Source: Guillardia theta CCMP2712 (Eukaryota > Protista > Cryptophyta). From it: DNA of 64,000 nt. Made by a program: the position numbers and the translations under genes. Position 1 is the first letter of the stretch; each line of letters begins with the position of its first letter. This document shows, one piece after another, positions 48,201 to 59,123 of this stretch. The notes under the pieces are model-generated. The model had not been told where the DNA came from. It searched no databases and was given only the letters and a program-made list of their open reading frames with translations. The DNA is taken from assembly GCF_000315625.1 (NCBI RefSeq), contig NW_005434645.1:45477-109476 (forward strand), in the 5' to 3' direction.

Positions 48201-51200
48201 GAGAGCATCCTGCAGCGAGCAGGAAAGTTTGACTTCACCTTCTTCCTCCTGAGGGCGAGGAGCAAGGCTGAAGAGACGCTGGAGGAGGTGACCAGCTGTC
48301 GGAACGAGGTGGAGGTGAGGGCTGGAGGCATCAGGTCCATGAGGCTGGTGGAGGAGGAGGTGGAAGGCTCTCGCGTGCAGAGGGGACGTCAAGTCCCAGA
48401 TTTCTCCTTCCTCCTCCTCGATGGATACGGGAACGAGGTACAGGACGCCGCTGCCGAGGGCTGTACCTTCGAGCATGAGCTGCGAGGACCAGAAGAGGAC
48501 GTACGGTCTTGTGACCGGTGCCGCATCCTCTTCGAAGGAGGAAGGCTCGTCGTTGGCAACCTCGTCCTCCACGACAGGGCGTTGGGGAAGTGGAAGCTGG
48601 TGGTGCGGGTGGTGGAGGGAGGGAGGAGGCAGGCGGAGAGCTGCGTGACCCTTGAGCTGATCCATGGGGACCCTCAGGTGATCGAGTTCATCCCCAACCG
48701 GCTGGGTGCGAGCTTGCAATCTTATCAGATGAGGGGGACGCGGGAGGAGAGCACGTGGATGGTGTCGCTGCTCGACGACGCGGGCAACATTTGCTCAACG
48801 TCGCAGGGGAGTGTCGTGCTCGTCAGCTCCTGCCTCGTGAAGCCGGTCAGAGCGCAGGCTGTCAACGGGCATGCGATCTTCAGTGAGCTGGAGCTGGAGC
48901 TGCTTCGAAATCCTCTCTTCTCTGGGGGCGACGGAGGAGCGTCCTCGCAGCAGAGCTCAAAACAGGCGCACAAGAAGAAGAACTCCAAGAAGAATCCCAA
49001 GAAGGACGCCGAGCTCAGCTTGACCTGCTTCCCTGGCCTTGGACTCCTGCTGGGAGGTGAGTGTTTGCTGAAGTTGCGTGTTAGTCTGTTGCTGAGAAGG
49101 TGGCAGATGGGAGAGATTTCTTCTGTGACAACGACATGATCTACTGCAAGACTCCGAGCTCTAACTCGTTCAAGCTTGCCAGACTGTTGGCAACTCGGCA
49201 AGACAAGGGAACCCCCTGCATCAACATCTGCGCGATGGGAGAAGAGGGCGACAGGATGGTGGAGAACAGCGTGGGCGAAGTCTTGGTTCAGTCGAGGGCT
49301 TTCCTCCTCAACAAGAAGTTGCAGGACTCGCTGCCCAGAGACTTCCTGTCTCCGAGCGTCTTCTTCACCTCGGATGAAACCGTCGAGAGCTACCCCAGCA
49401 TCCCTCTCAACGTCTTCTTCCTCCAGCAAGTCGACCCTGCAGCCGAGGCTCGCACTCTGTCACCGGATGCTGTCAAACTTTTCACGAGGGTCTCACTGAA
49501 GATCCTCAACAGCCTCTCTCCTCAGTCCGTCAGGATCGTCAACGGTGACAAGCTCGTCGCCCTCTCTGATGACGTCGTGCTGCTCGTCAAGCCTGGGCAG
49601 CAGCTGGACAAGCTGAAGCTGCAGCTGGTGGACGAGGCCGGGGTGTTGTGTGAGCGGCTCCCTGCAAGCAAGGAGGAGGAGGCTCTGCTCGTGGTGGCAT
49701 GCAGCTGGGGTTCGGATGTCACCGTTAAGCACGAAGAGTACAAGGGCGAGGTCGACCTGCCATGCCTGCAAGCGCCAAGCTCCGAGCACGAGAGCGTCTT
49801 CCACGTCCGATGCTCGCTGGAAGACCGGGAGTTGACAGCTTCCTTCAAGGTGGTGGTCGAGACGGGGGCCCCAGCCCAGCTGAGGGTGCAGCTGGAGGAT
49901 GAGGCGGTGAGGGTGGGAAGGGACTGCTCGCTAAAGTTGACGGTCCTGGATGAGAGAGGAGCGAAGGTGGTGGGGTCAGACGACCAGCAGGTCACCCTCG
50001 ACAAGTTCAACGTGTACGTGACGGACGAGAGCGGGAGGAGCTACCCTGTGCTAGTCAGGAAGGAAAACTATGCTCAGGGCTCGCAGATCTACACTCAGTT
50101 CAAGGAGATGGAGGCCGAGCAGGACGAGGACGGGAGCTTCTGGCTGCGGTGCATTCGGCTGAGGGGCAGGGCAGGGAGGGTCGACGTGCATGTCGAGGCA
50201 GTGGTGGAGCTAGAGGATGGAGAGGACTGCAAGCTCTTCAGCGTCAGGGGAGCCTGCGAGGCCCAGCTCGGGGCGGGCAAGGCAGAGCAGTACATGCTGC
50301 AAGGCTCGAGCTGCGTCAGGAGGGTGTCATCCCAGCTGGTCGGGACTCAGCTGACTCAGCTGGAGGGGGCAGTGATGAGGGGGAAAGCCTTCTGTGCTCT
50401 AGAGCCTCTTATCCTGGAGGTCGTCGACGAGAGCCACAACGTGGTGGCAGAGCACAAGAGCAAGGTTCTGCTCGACTTCAGCTCGTCCTCTCTCAGCCGA
50501 TTCTCAGTGGTGAGCTCCAAGAAACCCTCGGGCCTGTCGAACGACGCTGTCCTGCTGTTCGAGAGGCTCCCTTGCAACAGCTACCAGATCGTCGGACTCA
50601 CCTTCCTCGAGAAGGGCTCTCACTCCGCTGTGATCCGCTCCTCTGGCCTCCCCGACCTCCCCCTCCGTTTCGACGTGGAGCCCGCAAACATCGTGCGGGA
50701 GCTCAGCCTCTCGTTTCCCAGCTCGCCGTTGGGGGTCGGCGAGACGGCGCGAGGGCGCCTAGAGCTCATGACGGAGGACGAGGAGGAGCTTGACTTGGAC
50801 CTTTCGCACGCGATCTCCATCCTCTCCTCGGGGGGCCAGGAGCTCCCAGCTCGGGTGGTCAGCCGTGACGGACAAGCAGTGGAGGTGGAGGTGGAGATGC
50901 CGACGCAGGCAGGGGCCTGCATGCTGTACGCCGTCTACACGGAAGTTCGAGACTCTCTGCAGCCAAGGCCGGCAGATGTCGAGTCCTCTCGGGTACGAGT
51001 AGAGCTCCTGCCCTCCTCCTTCTCGCGGCTTCAGTTCATGGAGGAGGAGGAGCAGAACTCGAGCGTGAAGGCTGCGGAGGACGGCGGCCTCGTCCTGCCC
51101 GACCTTTGCGTCTGCGCTACGGACTCCTTCGGGAACCCTTGCAGGCTGGGAGAGAAAGTCTTGAAAGTAGCAGTGAAGCTGAAGAGCAGAGACGGGCTGG

Positions 51201-52683
51201 TGCTGGAGGGGGCGGGGCAGCTTGAGATATCCGAGCGTCAAAACCCTGTGAGGGTGAGGAACTTGCGTGTAGTCCCGAAGGTGCCCCGGGAGATAGACTT
51301 CTGCGAGTTCAACCTTTGCTTCAGCGTGAAGAGAGACAGGAAGCGAGAGAGGGCGAGCCGCGGCGAGGAGGAGGAGGGGGAGATCGCTCAGATTGTGAAG
51401 ACTTTCACCTACAGTAACGACATCTCCATAGTCGAGAAGATCGAGGAGTGTGAGAGAAGGGAGCAGCTGCTCAAGTCCCGGCAGGCGGCCCTCCACAAGA
51501 GCATCCAGGAGGGACAGGCGAGGATCGCTGCGCGACGTTCGAAGTTCGCAGAGGAGGAGGAGGAGGAGGACGTGGACGTGAGCGAGAAGCTGACGAGCTC
51601 GCGGCAGAAGCTCAAGGGCCTGCTGGAGGACTGGGCAGGGGCCGAGCGCTCGTCCGCCGCTTTGCCCTCCATGCACGACGTCAACGTGGAGGAGCTGGAG
51701 GGGGTGGTCGGGGTGGCCGCGGACCTGGGTGTCATCGACAGGCTGCAGGGGGTCAGCTCGGAGCAGGTGAGCAGGTGCCTGACTGCAGCATTCAAGGGCC
51801 TGCTGTGTGCTGTGCTGTTCCGGAGGGAGGAGGATCTCAACGCCTTCGACGCCCTCCCGCTGGAGGTGAAGGCGCGGGCCAAGGTCAGGAGGGTCTACTG
51901 CAGCACGAGGATGATGGACCCCCCACGGCCGAAGCGTCCTTCCTCCCCGGGCTTCGTCGCCTTCGCCTCCGACATGGTCCAGGTCAGCCCGAGCGTGAGG
52001 GAGGAGGACAGGGGCTGCGCTCGCGTGTTCCTCAACACCATCCTGGCAAACCTCCTGGTCTTCGAGAGCTACGAGCACGCTGTCAAGTACTCCACCGCCA
52101 TGATGCTCCAGAGGAAGCGAGCTGGGCGGCTGGTTGGCCTCGACCGCCCCAACGACGTCATCGACTCGGACGGAGGGAGAAACGTCAACTTCGGAGGGGA
52201 GGAGCTGAGAATTTGCTTCGGGATCCTCCCGCTCCGACCCTCCACCTTGGGGAAGGAGCTGCTGCGAGCCATCGACGAGGGTCGGGCGGTAGTCAAGAAG
52301 CTGGAGGAGGTGGTCGACAGCGATCGGGAAGACAAGCAGTCGATCGAGTGAGAATCGCTCTAGCAACTTCTCTTCCCTGCTTTCCTTCCTCCTCATTCTT
52401 CCACCTACACCGCTCCCTCCTTGCGCTGCTTCTAAGATCTCGTCCTCTCCTCTTCCTCCATCCTGTCCTCCTAATCCAACCCGTCTTGTACAACACCTTT
52501 CCCTAGTGTGTGATCTGCTCCTTGCTATTCTCTTTCCTCTTGTTCTTTCCCGTCCTCTCGTGACTTTCCGTCAGGGCTGACAGGCAGAAGCTGCGGGAGG
52601 TGGACGAGGAGCTGGAGCACAACAGGACAAGCCTCGCCCAGCTCAGCAGCCTCGGGAAGCCCAGGGACGAGGACGTTAGCTGA
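45266..52683 (+). CDS. SMCHD1: SMCHD1/GMI1-like protein: GHKL ATPase + transducer, long beta-rich linker, coiled coil and SMC hinge
   Basis: GHKL motifs AMCELIDNS, IFDNGMG and SNISRYGVGLKMA. SMCHD1-type transducer motifs FATLWMGRWLP, FKPQQNKQ and WLLECHKKFD. Hinge: GVVGVAADLGVI, PGFVAFASDMV, FLNTILANLLVFESYEHAVKY, RLVGLD..VIDSDG. Final exon ends TGA at 52681-52683. Confidence 0.85.
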
Positions 52684-52745
52684 AGTCCAAACTGCAATAG
52701 ACTTGTAAATATTGTTACAAAACACGCTGAGCCCCCGCAAACTGC

Positions 52746-55700
52746 TCAAGCCGAGGAGGCCCTCAGCTGCGGCTCCTTCGCAGGTCGCCTGGCGACCTTG
52801 TTGAGCTGCTTGCGGAAGGCCTCGGGGTCGAGGATGAGGCGCGAACCTGACCAGCTCCCTGTCAGCTTCCCCCCAGCTCGATCCTCTGCTCCTCCTCCCT
52901 TACCGTCCTTGGGCTCCTTGGCGAGCAGCTGCTGGGTGTTGGGGAGCTGCTGGGAGTAGACCTCGCAAGTGATGGCCCTGCGTTGTTCCCCTCCTGTCTT
53001 GACCACGGAGGCCCACACCTGCTGGAGGAGGCGCTTGTCCACGAGCCGAAGAGCCTCCACCTCCTCCTTGTAGCGATCGAAGTTGTACTGGCTGGTAGCG
53101 ATCTCGTCCCAGTGGCCCAGCACCTCGTCCGCGAGCTTCTTGTCCGTCTCCTGCTTCCTCTCGATCAGGCTCGTGACGAACTTTGACACCTGGTCCTCCC
53201 CCAGCTGCTCCAGCTGCTTGTCAAACGAGTCAACGAAGCTGAAGATCCTGCTGGCGATCTCGTTGGCGTCCACCACGCTGGACTGGGTGGTGAAGATGAG
53301 AAACCTTGAGCCGTCTCTCTTCGCTATCCCCGCGTACACGATATACCCCAGCTGCTGATTTGTTCTCAGCTCCGAGTAGAAGGGCTGCTGGACGATGCTA
53401 GCCAGAACCTGCAAGCCGAAGTAAGTGGACGGAGGAGGGAGGAGGGAGGGAGGATAGGGAGGAGAGGGAGGAGAGGGAGGAGTGGGAGGGAGGGAGGGAG
53501 GGAGGGAGGGAGGGAGGGATGGCAGGGTGGGAGGAGGAAGTTGTGCAGGCAGGAAGCAGGAAGTATCGAGAGAGGGAGGTGGGGAGGAGGGGGGGGGAGG
53601 AGGGCAGTAGAGCTCAGACGCCTTCACCTCCATGGCCATCTGCTCCTTGAGGTCGGGGTTGACGTTCTGGAACTGCACGACGACGGCCGAGTTGGGGTTG
53701 TCCGGGTTCAGCTCCTTCCTCCTCAGCAAGTTTCCTCGTCCCTCCCTCACGATCGGGAGCTCAAGGAGGCGAGGGAGGGACCTCTGCTCCTCTGGCACCT
53801 CCTTGAAGGAGAAAATCTCTCGCATCCTCCCTGCCACCGCACGCGCCTCCTCCTCCCTCACGTTCCCTTGGATCAGCAACTGGCTGTAACCCTGCTCCCA
53901 GAGTCTCTTCGTCCACTCCTTGAGCTCCTTGAGCGAGATGCCGTCAAGCTCTCGCTCGACGTCCGTTGGGAGGTAAGCCGGCAGCTCCAGGCAGAGGCGG
54001 GAGAACTCGGCGGCGTGCTGGTAGGGCTGCTGGGTGGTGAAGGCGCGAAGATCGCGGGAGATGAGGTCCTTGTAGCGTGCGAGCTTGTCCTCGCCCTCGG
54101 GCACGTGAGTCTTGATCCTTTCAGCAACCGAGAGGAGGAAGTCGGCGAGCTTGTCGTTGTAGCCCCCGAAGTTCAGCCGGACTCCACGCTGCGTGAAGTC
54201 GCAAGAGTACTGCAGCCCAGCCACCGCAGCATCGTAGCTAAACTCCGTAAGAGCGTCTGCCAGGGAAGCGGTGAGCAGCTTCGTGAGCGCTGAAGTTCGC
54301 GGGGTGGTCCCGGTGCCCAGCAGGGAGTCGAACTGGGAGATGAGCACGTAGGCGACGGCCTTGGGCTTGCCGTACCTCCTGTCCTGCTTGAAGAAGAGCC
54401 TCCAGGTGCTGTCGTCGACGAGGAGGGAAGGGGGTATGGCAGGCTTTGCCAGGTCCTCTACGATGGAACCCTTGATGTCGAAGTTGGAGGGGATGAACGG
54501 GTTTGGCTGCGGCACCGAGACGCCAGCAAGGGGAAGGCGACCCCAGCGGCTCTTGTCCGCCTCCTCGGTGTAGTAGCTCGTGCCATACCAGCGCTCGCGC
54601 ATCTTCGCGTCCTTGGCGAACTCCTGAAGGAGAAAGTGAGGCAAGGAAAAGGAAGGCAGGGAAGCAAAATGAAAGCACAGTGATTGAGGTTGATGAGGTT
54701 GGAAGGATGGCAGAATGAGCAGGAGAACGAGAAAGAGGAGGACAAGGACCTGGACGAGGAGGAAAGAGGAGGAGGAGGAGGAGGAGGAGGAGGAGGAGGG
54801 CGGGACGAGTACGAACCTTCGATGCGTACGTCAGCATGGCAGACTGCGGAGTAAGCGCAGAGAGCAGCTCCTGGGCCAGGTCGAGCTGGAGGTCACGGGC
54901 GAGGGCAGGGCCGGAGAGGTAGAGACGGGGGTCCTTGAAGGCCTGCATGGAGCTGACAACCCCGACGAACCGGTCCGGTTCCTCCGTCTCCTTGAAGCGC
55001 CAGAAGACCTGAGACAAATCCTCTACCTCCCTGAGGACGTAGGAGGGAATACCCTCCCTCCTGACCAGGTCGAGGTAGCTGAAGATGGAGGCTACAACCT
55101 CGTCCCTCCTCTTGAACCCCTCGATGGTCAGCTCCACGCTCACCACGAAGGACTGGAAGTCCGCCACGCTGTCGGCGACTCCTGCGAAGATGGAGGAGAC
55201 GAGGCCCTTCTCCGTCTTGAGGTAGGAGAGGAGCGAGTTCTTCCCCTCGTAGCCCAGGATCGAGCCGATCACTCGGTCGGGCTTCGACTTCATCCTCCGC
55301 TCCTTATCCTCCTTGGACTTGTAGGGGATCTGCCAGGTGAGCAGGAGCGACCTGCGGGAGGAGGAGGAGAGTGAGTTTGAGTTGATAACAGCACCTGCTA
55401 AGTAGTACAGAGACAGGCACAGAAACGGTATCAACAATATCAAGGCTGACAGCATTTTCTCTCCAACTCACTTTGTACCCCGCGGGTTCACAAAACTGTA
55501 CACAGCATGAAACAAACAGGACAAGGTAAGAATCACACTCCTCCTCCTCCTCCGCCTCCTCCTCCTCCTCTTCCTCTTCCTCCTCCTCCGCTCACCTCTC
55601 ATCCTGTATTGGGACAACATTGTAGACAACATTGCTCGCCTCCCTGCTATACGGCAGGATCTTCCCTGCCCAGCTCTCCTCCGGGGGCTTGACGTCCTTG

Positions 55701-56866
55701 TTGGGGATCGGAGAGAACAGCTCCTCCACCCACGACTGCAGCGTGTTCAGGTCCTCCCTCCCGATCACCGCCAGGCTCATCATGTTTGCCGAGTAGTACT
55801 TGTCGTAGAACTTGAGCAGCTCCTCCCTCACGTCCCTGCCCGACTTCTTCAGGTTCACCTCCAGCGTCTCCTTGTTTCCAGTGCCGAACTTGGCGACGGG
55901 ATGCGCCGGGTTTGCTCTGACCTTCTCGAGCTGGTTGAACCTCCAGCTGTCGGTCTGCAGATTCTTGGAGTTCTCGCTGTCCACCGCGTTGATCTCCCGC
56001 GACACTGCGGTCGCCGTGAACAGAGGGGACACGAAGAACTGGGAGAAGCGCTCGAGGGCAGGTCGGAAGCCGGCGCTGTTGAGGTTGAAGAAGTAGCACG
56101 TGTCCTCATCCGACGTGTACGCGTTGGAGGAGCCCGAGTAGGAAGACAGGAAGTTTTCGAGCTCGCCCTCCTGCGGAAACTTCTTGTTCCCGAGGAAAAG
56201 CATGTGCTCACAGAAATGCGCCAGCCCAGGCACGTAGTCAGGGTCCGAGAAGTGACCCACGTGCACGTTTAGCGCTGCTGCCGACGTCTCCACCTTCGGA
56301 TCGGACGCGATCAGCACTCGCAGGCCGTTAGCGAGCACCAGCGACCGATAGCTTCTCTTGTCCGCAGGAGACGTCTCTACCGTCCCCTCAGGGTCCACCA
56401 TGATCCTCCCAGGAGCCTTGTAGTCCTTGTCCAGGCCGAGGTCATACATCACCTCCTCCCTCACCACAGCATCCTCTGCATGCGCCGCCGGGGCAACGAG
56501 ACTCGAGAGGTCCTTGAGTACGACGCCAGAAGCAGCTGCCGCCGCACTTGCGCTGATGAAGCCTCGTCGGGACATCAGAAGCTTCACTGCCAGCGAGACT
56601 TGGGCGTCACCCCCCGTCTCTCTCCTCCCCTTGTCCTCCACCATTGCCAGCGGCACAGCCCTCCGAGCTCGCAGCCGAGGGCTCGCACACACAGCACGCC
56701 CACATGCCAGCAGCCTCCCCCTGCCGCTAACGGCTGAGCCCAGGTGGTTGGCCGTCTGGAAGCCGTGAGAAGCGTTGTTGGAAAAGAGCAGAACGAGGAG
56801 AAGATGCCACAGAGGGAGCAGGCTCCTCATGGCATGAACACTCCTCATCAAGCCAGGAGCTTCCAT
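52746..56866 (-). CDS. M16A metallopeptidase (insulysin/pitrilysin family) with SP + transit + twin-arginine presequence
   Basis: DKRSYRSLVLANGLRVLIASDP, GLAHFCEHMLFLG (HxxEH), NAYT, REINAVDSE, KFGTGN, YYSANMM and FYSELRTNQQLGYIV. Start at M56866 or M56830. Confidence 0.93.
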
Positions 56867-57292
56867 CGTGAAGAGTCTCTCCTGTGTATGAGAGTCAGCA
56901 ATGTAGCGAGAGGACGGCAGCAAATTCAGCATCAGAGAAGCTCATAGCGGGGAAAATATCTCTCTTCATGTTCATCCGCATCGTCTTCTTCTTGATTTCT
57001 ACAACAATTCATCATCTTGGCTCTTTCAAACTTCCACTAAGATGATTGATTTACTCCTCCATCTGTGAAAAGCTTGATACCGCATCATCCCTCCCTTCGA
57101 ATGGTCTCCTCACAAACTGTCCCTACTTCACCTCTCCTGCTCTGCTCCTCGTTTCAATCCCTCTTACCCTCTCGTAATTGTCGACGCCCAGCNNNNNNNN
57201 NNNNNNNNNNNNNNNNNNNNNNNNNNNNNNNNNNNNNNNNNNNNNNNNNNNNNNNNNNNNNNNNNNNNNNNNNNNNNNNNNNNNNNNNNNNN

Positions 57293-58300
57293 GTACGGTA
57301 GTACCCGGGCCCGGCGCGGTGGCGGCCGCGGCGTAGTTCAAACATTCAAACTCGAACCCTACCCCCTGTACCGACCCACTGACTACCCGTCCAATTCTGC
57401 ATAGGTTGTACGGTGGTCCTCTACACCTACACCCTGTTTTACTAATATTTTACCGGCCACCCTACCTACCCCGAGAGAAGAAATTCTTTCGAAACTGACA
57501 AATGTTCAATTTGTATAGAGTATTTTGAAATTTAGCCTATGCAAATTTCATATTTTACTATTCTTCTCATACTTTTTCAACTATACCACCCTCCCTTCTT
57601 AAAGGGCTTGCAAGGGTTTGCGCCTGTTTTCGGCAAGGAAGTGAGGGTAATGAATTGAACGGGGGTTACCTGGGGGGTGGGGGTGAGTGGATGTATGATA
57701 GGGGTAGGGTTGTTTCCAATGAGGGGAAGTCTTTAGATGTTGCAGCTCTGAGTTTGTTGAAATTTAAGGGTAGGGGTCCTCATTTGACCATTTGAAAGGT
57801 AGGGTGCTGAAAGCAAGGGGGTAGTGGCCTGTGTGGGTCCTGTTGTTGGGTCTGGTTTGAACGAAGAGACATAACCTGATACCTGTTGGAAGTGGGTAGG
57901 GTAGTCAGCTATCTAGAGGGGTCAGAGTTCAAATGAACCGGTACTGAATCAATTGATGTGGTAGGGGTGTATGTATTAGGTAGTGTCAACTTGGGATAAT
58001 TGGGGTCTAGAGGAAAATTTGAGGGTCATAGTATTGAGACATGTGTTCTGAAGGGTGGGTTAATGTCACAGGTACAATGGGTGGGGTAGTATTTAAGTAA
58101 AGGAGTATTGTTCCAGAAGCGTTGAGCCTGCAACAAGAGGGGTGGGGGTGAGCGGGTGGGGTAGCAACAGTTGGGGTAGGGTCATTTGAAACCTCGTAGT
58201 CTTGATCCTACTAGGGTGGTGGGACTTGTTGCTAGAACTGGTGGTAGGGGTAGTCTTGTGTTTTCGGAAATTGGGGTGGGGTTGGTGGTGAAGGTATAAG
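57293..58300. promoter_or_regulatory. Divergent intergenic region: remnant of a CCCGGG island (after gap 57193-57292), C-rich arm, then G-rich GGGTAGGG arm
   Basis: gtacccgggcccggcgcggtggcggccgc at 57301-57329; ctaccc motifs at 57357-57471; ggggtaggg motifs at 57701, 57767 and 58175. Confidence 0.45.
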
Positions 58301-58535
58301 ATTTGTAGATCTGCAACGATGGAGGGCAGGAGCAGGCGCAGCGGGAGGCGGGAAGAGGAGAGCGAGGAGAGGTGAGGTGAGATAGGCAACGAAAGGAGGA
58401 TCGAAACTGTTCGTTTCAACCAGATTACTGGACAACAAGTGGAAAAGAGCTTGATTTCAAGCTTTTGAACGAGTGATACTCCCGTGGTCATCTTCGGCCT
58501 GAAGATCAAGCTCGGTGCATCGTAACGTGAACGCC

Positions 58536-58983
58536 ATGCACAAGAAGACTCAAGAGCCCATTGAACGGATTCCTGAAGAGGAGGAGCTGGTACAAGCTCT
58601 CAGGATCCTCTTCAGAGACCCGAAGCTTTGCACTTCCAAGGCATTGCATCAGGTACAGTTTTCGCGAGTTTGAACTTCACTCGATTTTTTGTGTTCTAAA
58701 CGATGTCCCTCGCTTTTTGCTTAATACCAAACTTATCGTTCATCCGCAGGCCTTGAAGGATCGCTTTCCAGACTGGATTGTCAATCAAAGGAGGGTGAAA
58801 AAGATCGTCCGGAATTTCTCTGGATGCAGGGGAGAAACCAGTAATGAGGAGGTTCATACTGGATGGGATGAAGAGACGCATGAATACTGGGACAAGTCGT
58901 CTTGGACCTTAGTGGCAGACGAGGAGAGGGAGGAGGAGGAGGAGGAGGAGGGGTTCGTTATAGTGCACAGGGTGACTGTATAG
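58536..58983 (+). CDS. Small acidic-tailed protein with a short helical domain; 5' end uncertain
   Basis: Two exons: MHKKTQEPIERIPEEEELVQALRILFRDPKLCTSKALHQ and ALKDRFPDWIVNQRRVKKIVR...EEEEEEEGFVIVHRVTV*, with an intron at ~58653-58749. Confidence 0.6.
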
Positions 58984-59123
58984 TTGTAGACACGCCGGTA
59001 TCGCCCCTGTGCAAGCAAGTTTATTCATTGTTCTATAGATGAAAATATGATTCTTTAATTCAACAAAAGTGAAAAAAAAGTAAAAGTTCTAAACCGTAGA
59101 AGGAGCAGATGTCTTGAACCTAC

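Noticed and set aside
50759-52396. 545-aa minus-strand ORF (and similar ones at 31589-32287, 13190-13708, 53541-54293, 62559-62936)
   Set aside because: Antisense shadows of well-supported, codon-biased genes. The Leu/Val/His-rich translations show no motifs.
53409-53625. Pro-rich insertion in the M16 peptidase ORF
   Set aside because: Reads as a stop-free (CCCT)-rich intron ending in ttgcag on the minus strand; conserved M16 sequence resumes on both sides.
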